Of a stretch of DNA of 64,000 nt, positions 1 to 13,013 are shown one piece after another (the first letter of the stretch is position 1; every line of letters begins with the position of its first letter). The DNA lies in the NCBI RefSeq assembly GCF_008831285.2, contig NC_045138.2, positions 16,368,001-16,432,000 on the forward strand, written 5' to 3'. Both the position numbers and the translations under genes were made by a program. The notes under the pieces are model-generated. The model was not told where the DNA came from. It saw nothing but the letters and a program-made list of their open reading frames with translations, and did no database searches. This DNA is from Nymphaea colorata. Its lineage: Eukaryota.

Positions 1-118
1 TGGGATCAAATTGCTGTTTGCATTTTCCTGCATATGTTTCTTCAATTGCTTAAGTGAGCAGAACATAGTTAACAATATGTGACGGTGGATTTATGATCTT
101 TTAAAACAAAGTCAGAAG

Positions 119-284
119 TAGTGGCGCAGCCAGAAGTTTCTGCACGGCTGGCGGGTTTTAACGATTCAAATTTTGGAAACTTAGTGGGAACGAATATGTA
201 AGTAGGAAAATGACTGAGGCTTTAATATATAAATAATTTATGGGTCGGTGTGGTCAATTGCCCAATGTGCCTCCTCCGCCACTG
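119..284. mobile_element. hAT-type MITE
   Basis: Imperfect TIRs TAGTGGCGCAG...CTCCGCCACTG; 8-bp TSD gtcagaag (111-118) / gtcaaaag (285-292) with one mismatch; AT-rich interior. Confidence 0.65.
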
Positions 285-2130
285 GTCAAAAGTACTAAAA
301 CGTTTCAAACGATTGTATATTACATGCATCCTCTTTCTCAGACACATAATTTAGCAAGCAGAGTCAAGGAATTCAACTCCTTACATTCTAATCTATGTAT
401 TTTCTTGGTGGGGATTTGTTGAGAAACTTGCAAACTTTTTCAAGAATTAGTAGGCCATTTCATCACATATTCCACCACATATTTGTTTACAAATAAAAAC
501 AGTATGAAAAGATAATATATATTGGAAAAACAGTGATTATTGATGGATCAGCTGCTTCATGTGAAAATAAATTATTTTTCTTAAAACCATTTTAGTTGGA
601 TTTCAAGCTACAACAACGGATCTTCCCATCTCACATTGAGCATGATCACACATTTTCATCCCACAATGACATGGCATGCTATATCTCAGCTTCAAGGAGC
701 AATTCCTGCATAAAGTCCCGAAGTAACCTTTTCAATACATTTTGAACGTCGTCGTTCGATATCTCAATGAAGGATCCACATAATACGTTTATGATGAAGT
801 TGCTCAATCTACATCACATATAACATCGGGCAAATAGGATTCAACCTTTTCATTTGAGGTTCTTTCTGATGCCTACTTTGCTTTGCCCACGGCTTTACAG
901 AAACAAATGATGGCAAGTCTATCTTCGTGGTCAACTAGATTGAGAACTTTTACCAAATGCATACTGACTTTTAAGTAGACTATCAAAATTTCTCCCCTTT
1001 CTTTTTGGTTCATCTAAATGTAGAATCCCGGAATTGACCCACTACACCTTTTCTACGTTAGATGACCTGATATTAGAGAGGCACATAATACTGCGGAAGG
1101 AACCGTGTGCATTTATATATCTTACATATCTTAATTTGTGGCCTTGGTAATGTCACTACAGCAACTATGGGCGTTAAGGACGGTCCTGGCCACAGACATG
1201 TCTTTCTTAGTTTTCAAATTTTACATGCACATGTGCACATTGTTAGAACTTCTCATCTCAACGATTATATTACAAGTAAGATCAATTAATTTTGGTATCT
1301 AAACAATGAAGATATTTTATGAATTAATGCACTTTCTAAACCATAGATCGGTTGCTTTCTTGTCATCTTAGTAGGGCAGTAGGTCCCAGTATATACAAGT
1401 GGGTGTTTGGTTGCTCCTGATCATCCACGAGATTGGTTTCCAACATAATTTCTTGGTCCCAGCAAAACTGTGGATTTAGGAACCGTGGATTTGAAGTCTA
1501 TAGGCCTCACTTGATCCATGGGTGTTACGTCAAAGAGAAAAAGGAGAGTGCTGTTTGATCGGTGAAACGTATGGATTCTAAGACGTCAAAATCATGAACT
1601 CTAGGTACTTTAGAATAAGCAAGAGTAATACACTTAAAACTAAAGCAAAGTGATTTTCAACTTTCAGGTAATACAGCTTTGTACCGAATTAATTAACAAC
1701 AAACAGACTCTGGTAGTGAACCTACCTGATTATATATGCCAACAGAACTGCACTTCGATAATATACTTTTGACCTCCAAGTTTTATTTCTTCCTATACAA
1801 GCATGCCCCCTAGATAAAGATCTTGTTGCCCTCAATGGCTGGCTTGTACCAATATAAACAAGTGGTTGCTACTTAATGAAGCTTAGAAGTAAAAAGCCAC
1901 CTAATTTCAGCATCTAAATATTTGCTCGCACCATGATCAACAGCTGCTCATGCTAAAAAGAATGTCTGACCTAACCCCAAAAATGTAGTAAAGGTTGCGT
2001 ACATCGTCGTTATGTGTGAGCCACATAATAGAGGAAGGGAGATGTTTTGTAATTAAAAAAAAGTATGTCCTTTGTAGTCATTTCTCTTTTTTTTTTTTTT
2101 AATTTTCATTTTTATCTTACCAAAAACTTT

Positions 2131-2175
<45 letters not shown>

Positions 2176-2801
2176 CTTGAAAATTACTCTTACGGGGTTC
2201 ACATTATAAATGATCCTCCAATGCAACCAATTGGTTTTATGAAGACCAAATAAAAAGCAAATTGATATCCTGCTGGGTATAGAAACGACAGTGGGTGATG
2301 ATCAGTTCACCTGTAGTATACTGACAGGATGCCAACCGAGAAGCGTGTAGAAGCAGCGGTGTTTGACATCGACAGCGTCACACGCGGAGCGACTCAATCT
2401 GCTGGATAAGCTTCACGTCAGGATGAACAAACGATCAATTGTAGCTCGCAGAGAACGTACGAAAGTTTTGTAATCTTGATGCCAAAACGATGCAATGAGC
2501 ACTTGTTTTAACTCTGACGTCGTTGTGACTTGTGATCTAAGACTCCCCAAGTTGAACTTTCGTAGCTCACCTCGATTGGCAGCAGGAACGTCAAGAAAAA
2601 TCTTCTGAAATGTCTATACTGTGGTAAGTTGTTTCTTTCGCTGTTGGCACGTTAATTGTCCAATATCTAATTCGAAAATTTCAGAATCGTGCAAGGAACA
2701 TAAAACGATAGTGTGGCAGGTGGAAAAATTGGGTAAATAATTAACGACTAAGTAACGGACAAGACATTTTGGAAAATACATTACTTGTATTTCTGCATGG
2801 C

Positions 2802-2999
2802 CAGAGATGGAGCTAGGAATTTTTTGTTGCAAGGGTTGAACTATAATTTTAAAATTTTAACATGAACAAAGATATAATTTTTCAAATTTTATATATATAT
2901 ATTAAAGTCAAGTTTTTGAAATTTACATATAAGTTTTTGCTTTTTAAAATCTGAGGGAGGTTCATGGCCTCTGCCGGTCCCCTCTTGCCTCTGTACCTA
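2802..2999. mobile_element. hAT-type MITE, degenerate (similar to 58939-59131)
   Basis: Ends CAGAGATGGAGC...GCCTCTGTACCTA; candidate 8-bp TSD tgcatggc/tgtgtggc; interior resembles the element at 58939. Confidence 0.5.
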
Positions 3000-3038
3000 T
3001 GTGTGGCCTTGCTGCTCCAAACAATATTTGGTTGTAAC

Positions 3039-3362
3039 ATAGGTGGTCACTATGAATGATACGCTTATGTTTGATTATGAGAGTGCTATTTTTCAATTGA
3101 AAACAATGACATGTATAATAATTGAGTTGAATAGGTGGTCACTATGAATGATATTCTCATGTTAGGTCTTCTGTTTGATTACTGAGTGCTATTTTTTAAT
3201 TGAAAACAATGATATGTGTAATAATTGAGTTGAATAGGTGGTCACTATGAATGATATACTCATGTTCGGTTTTCTGTTTGAACTCATGTTCGGTTTTTTG
3301 TTTGATTACTCGGAGTGATATTTTCAATTGAAAACAATGACATGTATAATAATTGAGTTGAA
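3039..3362. repeat. Tandem repeat, 3 copies of a ~90-130 bp unit
   Basis: ATAGGTGGTCACTATGAATGATA...AATTGAAAACAATGA...ATAATTGAGTTGA recurs at ~3039, ~3131 and ~3233, with internal expansions. Confidence 0.9.
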
Positions 3363-4818
3363 GAATGTACCATAGGACCACCTTGAAAACAAGAGGGAAG
3401 GAAAACGGCTTTATATGAAATCAGGTGGGAATTACTTCATTGAATTCGATGGGATATTGGACTTGTATATACCCAGATCTGATTGTGAAACTGCAGAATG
3501 AATCTACATTTGAGGAGCAATCCAATTTAGATTTCAGTTCAATAGATCCAAATTCAGATCAGTAATTTAATATATCCAGTCCACCTACGTGGACCTTTCT
3601 CATGGCGTTGTCTTCATCGTAAAGCATGGTGCTAGCTCGGATTTTTTTCTTTATTTTTCCTTAACAGGCAAGGAAACAAATGAAGTTAATTGTACAATAT
3701 TGTCAATGGAAGATTAATTGTACAATATTGTCAAATGGAAGAAGAGATACTCTAACAAGTGGTCAATGTGATTGTACGGGGTTCTTCTTGAAGTAGGCCG
3801 TGGCTGCCCAGAAGAGGTTCATACGCCTGAGACCTCATATATATATATATATATATATACTTTTCCTGATCGGCTGGCGTTTTACGCTGGGTTTCTATAT
3901 TTCGCCAACGTGAGGATATAATTTTAAAAAGTATCATTTTTTATCTTAAGATTTATGTTTTAATTTTGCAGTACGTGTTAGAAATGGAGAGTACGTAAAT
4001 GGGCTTTCAATTATTTGAACAAATGAAGCACATAGAAATTTGCCCATAAAAGCAGATTTAATTGATTGGAGCATCACCAAGTATATGTACATAGATTTTT
4101 AAGACTACAGATCCAGGTTTAGACGTATGACATCAGATAAGGGAATTGTTCTCAGAAAGTATGGAGCGGATGTTGGTTTTTTTTACCTTATAACCCACTA
4201 TTGAAATTATTCTTGTGGGGGCCAAGCCAAGGTAGGACCCGCCAGGAACCCACCTAAAAAAAAAAAAAAAAAAACTTACATGTAAAATTTTCATTTTTCT
4301 TATATAAAAAATTTGAAAATGATATTTCGGCTTAAGTTAAAATTTGAAAACTTTAATTCAGCCCCCCTCATGAAAATTTTCTCGTTTCATTCCTGCCTTT
4401 GATGCTAAGTGGCCCGAACTCACTGGAATTTTCTTTTTGGAAGAAGTGCCATGGCGTTCCTCAAATTTGTAAAAAATCAAAATTTTAAATGTAAATTTAA
4501 AAATTTTTAGTTTAACCTTTATAATCACTTGATCTTAGCTTATTTCGGCAATGAGGCACCGCAGCACTTTTTTCGTTCATCAAAAAAAGATTCGGCGGTA
4601 GGATGAAATACTTTTCCTATTAACAGACAAATCAAAATAGCCCTTGTGCACATATGATTGAAGCTCTGATTTGTTTTTCCTTTCAGCTGGTAGCTGGTTA
4701 AAAATATTTGGTTCATGAAAGTATCAAACTCTTCAACCTCTTGTTTTTACTTTAATTTAAAGACTCAATCGATACATCATGCTGGAGCATGAAATTTTTG
4801 TTTGCTAGTATGGCTAAT

Positions 4819-5271
4819 GAGTGATGTCAATGGATTGGATTCGGATCAGATATACCATTAACTATATCTGTTTTTTCCGATGTTCACATATCCATATTCA
4901 AATTTGGAGTTAGATACAAATAAAGAAAAATTCATATTTGAATCTGAATCCAAATTCAGATTTTATGATGTGATTCGAACCCGATTTCTATATTCATATC
5001 GAAAGCCAAATCTCAAACCAAATTTTGCCAATTTTCAAAATGTAAGACCATTAATATAAGATATTTGTCTTAAAAGAACTCCGATCCAAATTAATATCAG
5101 AATCTGATTTGCAACTTATGTATATGTGACTCTAAATCTGAATCCGATCAAATGCCATTTCTTAGATCCAAATCCGATCCAATTTATTGATGAGATATCA
5201 AACTTTTTTTCATATCAGTTTTTTTTAGACCGTTGGATATTTAATTGAAATAAGATATATTGACATTTCTA
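4819..5271. mobile_element. MITE with GGAT/ATCC(G) subterminal motifs (copy 1)
   Basis: Ends GAGTGATGTCAAT...ATTGACATTTCTA form an imperfect TIR; many ATCCGA/ATCTGA motifs; homologous copy at ~20155-20585; no clean TSD. Confidence 0.6.
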
Positions 5272-6323
5272 TTAACAACGAAAATGCTTTCGGTTAATAA
5301 AAAAGGAAAACATTTTATAAAGACAGAAAAGAAAATAAAAATAAAAAAAGATTAAAATTATAAATTTGTAAATAATTACCAAAATATCTCAAAACGTATA
5401 AGGGGGTCTCGCACACAAAAAGAAAAGGTCAAATGTCGAGTGCCAGCGTCGATGAAAAAGGAAGCGGCTTGAGGGACAAAAATGTGTACCTTTTGGTTAC
5501 TTGGACCAAGTAACGTTCTTGTCCTGCCAAACTTGAAAAAGAATGGGTTTGACTCGGTTAAGTTGGCGCTCCTACGAGCCTCTACTCGCCTTGAATGTGT
5601 GTGGACCTTTTCATTTTTTACGTCTTTCGTTGACCAATCGGGTTATATGATTATATGAGGTGACTTATACGGTGACAAATTAAGCAAGGGTGGTGCGAGA
5701 AGTTTTAGTTAAAGGTACTAATAATAAATTTTAATTTTTTAAGAAACATCAGTGTATAAATTAAAAAAAATTATCTTAAAATGTTAATGTAAAAAATAAG
5801 TATCTTTTCGTTGTTTCATGTGGGCAATTGCCCACACCTTAAGCCTTTAAACAGATGAAAATGGAGCCTCAACCTACAAGGAGTGCCATCCATGATCCGA
5901 AGCAACTCTGAGGATGAAGAACATGGGATGGGAAGGTTTCATGAAGCTCAGCTAAAGAGTGTCATATCACTTGCAGTAAAGAGGATCCGAGAATGCAGAG
6001 ACAAGAGATGAACATATCGAAAAGTAATAAAACTGAGAGTTTGAACGGAACAAACAAAACGTGAGGTATTTACACTTGCAGGCTCTTCTCAGCCTTGAAA
6101 TTGACATAAGAATCACCTTTAGCTACTGTCACATAAGAATCACCTTTTTTTCTTGTATGAATGACTAGAAAATCTTCTCCCAGCAGCAGCGATAAAAGAA
6201 CTATTGGCCACCTCCGCCGATTTTGGCCCCCTGGTTCTCCGCCGGACGAATTTTCCTGATCTTGGTTTGTGATCACAAGACACGACAAAAAGATAAGCGC
6301 TCTCTCCCTCTCTTATCTTCCTC

Positions 6324-6331
6324 TATATAAA
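6324..6331 (+). promoter_or_regulatory. Putative TATA box of BAHD copy 1
   Basis: TATATAAA after a pyrimidine-rich patch, ~100 bp upstream of ATG 6430. Confidence 0.55.
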
Positions 6332-6429
6332 CACCAAGAATCTCCAAGCTTCTCCACCCTCAGTTCTTGAGTCCATCCTTAATCCCCATCTCTTACCATC
6401 TTCTCACCTGCATTCTTCTTTCTAAGAAA

Positions 6430-7734
6430 ATGAAGATCAAGGTGGAGACCTCTAGGCTCATAAAGCCAGACTACGGAGACGCCACCCCGCCTCCCACAGA
6501 CCTCTGCCTTCCTCTTACTCCCTTCGACACAGTAACCTTCGCCAGCCATGTCGCCGTGATATACGCCTTCAGACCTCTCAACCCCACGAACAAGACCATC
6601 GAAGAAGGCCTGAGGAGGACTCTGGCCGAGTACAGGGAATGGGCCGGCCGGTTCGTCGAGGACGAAGACGGCCGCCGGTGCATCCTCTTCAACGACGCCG
6701 GGATGAGGTTCGTGGAGGCCTCCTGCGACTACCCATTGGGCTACATGGACAGGCCCTCCCCAGAGTACCGAGAGTTGCATCCGCCGCTCGTGGGTGTGCT
6801 GGAGTTAGCCCAGGTGCAGCTCACCCGCTTCTCCTGCGGCACCCTCGTGGTGGGCTTCACCAGCCAACACATGGTGGCGGACGGCCTCGCAGTCAGCAAT
6901 TTTCTCGTCGCCTGGGGCCGCGCCACCCGCGGCCTACCCGTCCAGCCGCTCCCCTTCCGAGACCCGGCCTTGTTTGTCCCCCGGAATCCTCCAAACTTCC
7001 AATTCGAGCACCGCGGCGTCGAGTACACCGACAAATTACGAACCGACATTCCCGGCGTCAGCTCGGCACTTCTAAGCACGATTAAAGTCCACAAAGCCCA
7101 CTTCTCCTCCGATTTTCTGCTCAAACTCAAGGCCAAGGCCTCCGCCAACAGCGGCATGAGAAAGCCCTACACGACGTTCGACAGCCTCATTGCTCATCTC
7201 TGGCGGCAGATCACTCGGGCCCGCGGGCTCCGTCCGGAAGATACCACCGAGATGAAAATCGCCGTCAACGGGCGGGGGAGGATGACCAACCCCCGCGTGC
7301 CCTTGGAGTACTTCGGCAACCTCGTGCTGTGGGCGGTTCCCCGAGCCAAGGCCGGGGACGTGGTTCGCCAACCGCTGAGCCATGCAGCTAGGCTCATACA
7401 CGACGCAGTTTCCCGGGTAAACGACGACTACTTCCGGTCGTTCATCGACTACTCGAGCTCGAAGGAGAAGATGGAGGGGCTGGTGCCCACCGGAAACATT
7501 ACCATCAAGGCTCTGTGCACCAACTTGGAGGTCTACAGCTGGTTGAGGTTCCCTTTCTACGACTTGGATTTTGGCAGTGGTTGTCCTCACATGTTCACCC
7601 CATCTTATTTTCCGGACGAGGGCTCGCTCTTCCTGGTTCCTTCGTTCTCCGGTCATGGAGACATTGACGCCTTCGTAGGCCTCTTCGAGAAGGATATTCA
7701 AACATTCGAAGACCTCTGCTATTCACTGGAGTAA
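6430..7734 (+). CDS. BAHD acyltransferase, clade IV (agmatine coumaroyltransferase-like), copy 1; intronless, 434 aa
   Basis: Start MKIKVETSRL at ATG 6430 (the ORF-track start at 6367 is TTG); HXXXD motif HMVAD; DFGWG variant DFGSG; EYREWAGR and YFGNLVLW motifs; ends CYSLE. Confidence 0.95.
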   Translation: MKIKVETSRLIKPDYGDATPPPTDLCLPLTPFDTVTFASHVAVIYAFRPLNPTNKTIEEGLRRTLAEYREWAGRFVEDEDGRRCILFNDAGMRFVEASCDYPLGYMDRPSPEYRELHPPLVGVLELAQVQLTRFSCGTLVVGFTSQHMVADGLAVSNFLVAWGRATRGLPVQPLPFRDPALFVPRNPPNFQFEHRGVEYTDKLRTDIPGVSSALLSTIKVHKAHFSSDFLLKLKAKASANSGMRKPYTTFDSLIAHLWRQITRARGLRPEDTTEMKIAVNGRGRMTNPRVPLEYFGNLVLWAVPRAKAGDVVRQPLSHAARLIHDAVSRVNDDYFRSFIDYSSSKEKMEGLVPTGNITIKALCTNLEVYSWLRFPFYDLDFGSGCPHMFTPSYFPDEGSLFLVPSFSGHGDIDAFVGLFEKDIQTFEDLCYSLE

Positions 7735-9681
7735 GAATTGATGAGGGTTTTTTCCAAGAACCAGAGCCTTCAATATCTTTCAATTGTAGACAACTGTTGT
7801 TTGTAACATACGTATGAATGAATAATAAGAAACACCATGCTATCTTTTGGTGATGAAAGGCGCATATGCAGTAATTAACTTAATTTTGCAATCTTGTATG
7901 AATACAAGAAAGAGAAGGCAACATAGCAGTAACACAAATAATGATCTAATCATCCTGCTCGATCGAAACCAGCCCGAGAAGCAAAACTAGTCAGAGATCT
8001 CAAATCCCCTTCAGCCTACTTCAATCATCTCAACATCTATACGAAGAGTAGAAAAGCAAAGCAAACGAATGCAGTGATTAAGTGGAGGTATATATGGGCA
8101 ACATTCGCCAAAGTTCTGATGGATTTGGAACTATTTATTTTCGAACAGCTTTTACGCGGGAGTAAGCTAGAAGTTGTGTCATTAACAAAATTTTATGCAG
8201 GAAACAATATCATAAACGTCGCTTCGTTAGAAGTTGTGTTTCAAGGGGACCCAGGAAGGGGCCAGGGTTACGATTGGCCACTTGTTTGGAGGACTACATG
8301 TGCAAAGACGGCATTTATATGCCGGCGTATTATTTTGATGGGAACACCAATGTCTAGTGGCGCAGCATGGAAATTGAAAAGATTGCGCCAATATCTAGGG
8401 GCGCGGCTACAGCTTTTGTCTTAAAAGAGACGGACCAGTTAGTAATAAGCGGCCGGCCGGTCAAGTAATCGGTAGAAAGTCCAATATACTTTTTAAAAAT
8501 TAGCTGAAATTCAACTTTTTTAATTTGAATTTTCTATTGTGCATGATTTTTCGTGTGTTAATATAATTAATGATAAAAAATGCTTTTAATTCATATTAGA
8601 AAAGAAAACTTGTTGCAAAAACAAAATTAGAAATGCAAAAAAATAAAGAGACTATAGAGAACATTTCTTTAATAAATTATCGAAATACCTTTTTCTCTCA
8701 TTTACAGCATACGATGCTCCCGAGACACGTAACTTTCTCTCTCAGCTGTCTCCGTGGGGGATGCCGAGCGCCGCTGGAAGTGGGGACATACATGGTCAGT
8801 TAAGAGAACAGGTCAATATCAGGCAGCAGTGTGCAATGTCATGCGCGGTGCACAGCCCATGGTGTATGACATGAGTTTCGCTTGGCCATTCTCAACACAC
8901 GCCTGACCCACTTTTAAAGGTGTCATGTACATGGGCTTTAGGTGCATAATATTGTGCATATAATATAAGCAGCTTCGTCAGTCGACTAGCATGCAATTGC
9001 AACGCTATCGACTTGGGTGTCACAAGGAATTTGACCTTGTTGAATGGTGAGTGAGGTGCTCTGGCTACCGGTTTCTTAAAGATGTGAAGGTATGCAGCCG
9101 GTACTACGGGTCCTGCTGGTTTTGAATTCTATCGTACCTAGACCTCTGTTTTATTAAAGGTTTGTTTGGTAAAAAATAGTATGTAACTGTTTCAAGAATA
9201 TGGTTTTAGGATTGGAGTAAATTAATGGAACACCTTAAAAAATATTTTATGCATCCGCTTCAATTCAGTTTGGAGATGGATTCAAATAACAGTTGCTTGG
9301 CCCTAATGGTCGCCGAATGTGGTCTCAATTTTGAAAAGCCTAGCTAGGTCTAAATCCAAATCCAGTTAACTGAAATCTGATTAGGTAGACCTGGTTGAGT
9401 AAGTGGTGGACCCGAAGAGAAATTTACTCCATCTTATCTCACCTCAGTAAATTTAGTCAAACTGGATCCATCATGCTTCGGCCCCCAAGTTGTCAAGCAA
9501 ATGCGGCAAGAAATTATTGGAGCAATGACTGCATTCTTTTTTGGTGTAGAATCAAGTTAAGCATTATCCTTGTTTTTTCGCTTTCTAATTTTTAACACGA
9601 GAAAGCTGCGGCGGGCTCAGAGACTTTGTTGTTCATCAGTATAAACCTTGGAGGCAGAAGTTAAGGGAAAATGTGGATCTG

Positions 9682-10376
9682 GGGCCGTTTGATGGCCAAA
9701 AATTTTTTCTTGATAAAAAAATTTAGAAATAAATTTTTGAAATTAAAGAAACGAAAAAAAAAAATTAGTTTTTCCAAAACCAGCTTGTGTTTGTTATGGA
9801 AGAATTATTTTTCTAAAAAAAAATTTCTTTGTTTGACTGAAATGGTAAGGAAGAAGAGAAGGAGGGAGGGAGGAAGAGGAAGAATGAGGAGGCGCAGGAG
9901 CTCTCAACTCTCAACTCTCACATTCGCCCCTATCTCCCTCTCTCTCTTCCTTCCGCCTTCCCTTCTTCCTTTCTTCTTCCTCCCCGTCCGTTCTTCCTTT
10001 CTTCTTCCTCCTCCCTCCTTCCCTTCTTCTTTCCTCCCTCCTCCTCCCTCCTTTCCTTCTTCTTCCTCCCTCCTCCTCCTTCCTTCCCTTCGTCCTCCTC
10101 CCTCCTTCCCTTCTTCTTCCTCCCTCCTTTCCTTCTTCCCTTCTTCCCTTCTTCTTCCTCCCCATCCATTCTTCCTCCTTCCTCCAACGGTCACAAAAAA
10201 ATTTCTGAAAAATTTTTTTCACCCGTCTGACGGGGAAACTTTTTCCAAAAATATATTTCTGGAATCACCTCTAATGGTCCAAATTTTTTTTCCATGTTTG
10301 ATGAATTGAAAATTTTTTTAAAAATTTGAAATAAATTCCCTCTCCTACATAGATTTCCTGCCCATCAAACCGGCCC
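9682..10376. mobile_element. Tourist/PIF-Harbinger-like non-autonomous element with internal CT-rich low-complexity tract
   Basis: TIRs GGGCCGTTTGATGG...CCATCAAACCGGCCC; pyrimidine tract ~9930-10185; TSD not clean. Confidence 0.7.
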
Positions 10377-11667
10377 TCAAAGAAAAGAAAATTGCAAGGC
10401 AGACAAAATAAACAAAAGAGAGGCAGAGAAAGAGAGAGAGAAATTTTTATCTATATTCAGCAATAAAATGTAGAATACAGTTGTGACTGAAATATGAACA
10501 ACTCATTACCTGTCACATGTGACCAGCATGGCTGACTACAAAGGAACAAAAAAAAAAAAAGAAGAAGAAGAAGAACTTGAAAAAAAGAAATAAAAATTTA
10601 GGTGGCCCTAAGCTGGCGGCAAGTATAGATAGAGACTGACAAATATCAGAGAAAATGGAGTTAAGCCCTTGAATTCCAAATTTAGAGTATCCAAAAGATG
10701 GGCTCGTGTAGAATGGTAACAAGTGGAGAAACTAATTGAGTAAAATTAACCATTTAAAATGAGTATGTGTGATCATATTTAAACACAGTATAATATAAAA
10801 TTATATATAAATATAACTAATCAGAATAGAATATTATAATTATATATAAAAAAATCAACAACATATATATTAAAAACATCTTATCAGGTCAAACCAAACA
10901 TAGTCGAGCTTACTTGGACCGACCCGATAAATTATCGGGCCAACCCGGTGCCTTTTTTTGAGGCCCGACGGGCTGGGTACCCGTCGGGTGTTGGACCTAC
11001 ATGCCCAGTCTTAGTTTTGGGGATTTTATGTTATAGCTTTTTTTTATTTTATGTAAACATTAAAAAAGAATTAAAAAATGAAAATAAACATATATTTAAA
11101 TAATTAGCTTGGGTGTTTGCATAGATTGTTCCAGTATGTCAACTTCGAAACTCGCCTTGTCCATTTTACAAGTAATGAAGTTGGTAGCTAGTGGAGATAT
11201 ATATTTTCTGAATGCGCTGGCGGGATGAGCTAACAATATTAGGGTACGTACGTTACATTATTTTCCATAGGATGTACAGTTTCCACTAATGGCTCTTCTT
11301 TGTCACTATGTACGTTTTTGAAAAATAATCAGCCTTTCCAAGTTCATCGTTCACTTTTTATTAGCCACCTAGGCTCCCAAAATAAGCAACCACGTGATAT
11401 GATGAGTTGCTGTTTGGTGATATAATCTCAACAATATTAATGTTGATTAAGGGGGGGAGTTCATAAATAGTTCGGTACACATTGTTCGCAATGAATGCCT
11501 GGTAGGATGTTGCCCCGAGTACATGGAAACTCAAAACGAAGAGCGTCTCAATGGTGTTTGATTATGAAAATTGATTTGTCAGACAATGTGCATGGTTATG
11601 CAAAGTGAGGAGAAAACTAAAAACTCAAAGAAAGGCGACGAAGTTTGAAGGAGGATAGCGGCTCACA

Positions 11668-13013
11668 AACTACAGAAAAAGACATCGATGCATGGAAAAA
11701 TGAGAAGTCGATGAAAGACTATTTTTACTGAAGTCCAGCTTTAAATGTTGGTGACTATTGATTTTTAACAAGACCTTAGTGAAAGCAGTCGCCAACACTT
11801 GCAGCTAGGATGTTGTTGAAGTTGAGCTTTTACCAATGTCCAGTTTAAAAACGTTCATAAACATGTCACTTTTATCGATGTTCAAAAAAATACATCGGTG
11901 AAAAGTAGCCTTTCGCAATGAGTGTGGGTAAGATGTCCTTGAAATTGGTCTTTGACTGACGTCTAAAACATGATATTGCTACTAACGTTCCAAACAAAAC
12001 GTTGGTAAAAAGCATTTTACCGACGTCGATAAAAGGAGGTTAGTTTACCAACACGTGGCCATTCTCGCGTTGTTATATTCGCTTTCACCGACACGCATCA
12101 AACGTCGAGAAAAGTTACCGCAAATTTTCTCAGTGAAACCTTTACCGACACATCCCACGTGTCAGTAAAAGCTTCATCGACTCAATAACTCTGCCCGAGC
12201 CCTTCTTCTTCTTCACTCTTTTCCTTCTTCTTCTTCACTCTTTTCCTTTTTCCTCCCTCTTCTTCCCACCGGCTGTATTATCAAAGTTTTTAAAGAAGTA
12301 GGTTGCTTGAACTTAATGTTCAGTTTTTTTTTTTCTATTTGTAAATGATTTTAAATGATGATGAGGGTAATGATTTTAAGTTTTTTGCTTCATGTTTTTG
12401 TGTTTTCGCATTCCAACCATCTCCTTCAGACGGCAAAAGAAGTGTTGTCCAAGTAGAAAAGCACATTAGCTGCTGGTGAGTTTAATCATGCGGTAAATGC
12501 TCTATTTGGTTCATATCTTTTCTATGTCCTTGTTTATTCTATTTGGTTTATGTTTTTTCTATCTTCTTGTTGTTTCTGTACTATAAGCAATCATTTTAGG
12601 TTTTCGCTTTCATTTTTTTTTTTTCAGTTTCGCTGCAGCTATGTTTGATATAAATGCAATGTACATGGATATGAGTTGATAAAAAAATTAGCAAATCTTC
12701 ACGAAATTTTATTGATAAATATATTACCGATGTCCATCTGTATGTTGATAAAAATTTAAAAATTTTGACCGATGCCCATCACATGTTTGGTAAAAGTTTT
12801 TCTACTGATGTCCATGGACGTCCATAATAATTTTATTTACTTATGTACATGATGCGCAGGTGCAGAATTCTACACCCACACGTGTGCTGGAATGTCAGTG
12901 ATTGTTTTCATTGGCATTTTTTTCATCGTCGACCGTCTCAAACGTCGGTAAAATTTTTACAGATGCGTCGCCATGTTTTTCAGCTGTTCATAAATCCTCG
13001 GTCTTTTGTCGTG
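11668..13013. mobile_element. Degenerate non-autonomous CACTA (En/Spm) element
   Basis: Ends AACTACAGAAAAA...CTTTTGTCGTG (one mismatch each from CACTA/TAGTG); 3-bp TSD ACA (11665-11667 and 13014-13016); many TTTACCGAC/GTCGGTAAA subterminal repeats in both orientations. Confidence 0.75.

Noticed and set aside
3039..3362. Repeat array as CRISPR-like
   Set aside because: Plant DNA; the units repeat over their whole length and have no unique spacers.
6379..7783. Many antisense or alternative-frame ORFs over the BAHD genes (also 22675-23961) and the WAKL exons
   Set aside because: Expected shadows of GC-rich coding sequence.
9671..10309. 212-aa ORF and overlapping G/R/E-rich antisense ORFs
   Set aside because: Artefacts of the low-complexity CT tract inside a MITE.
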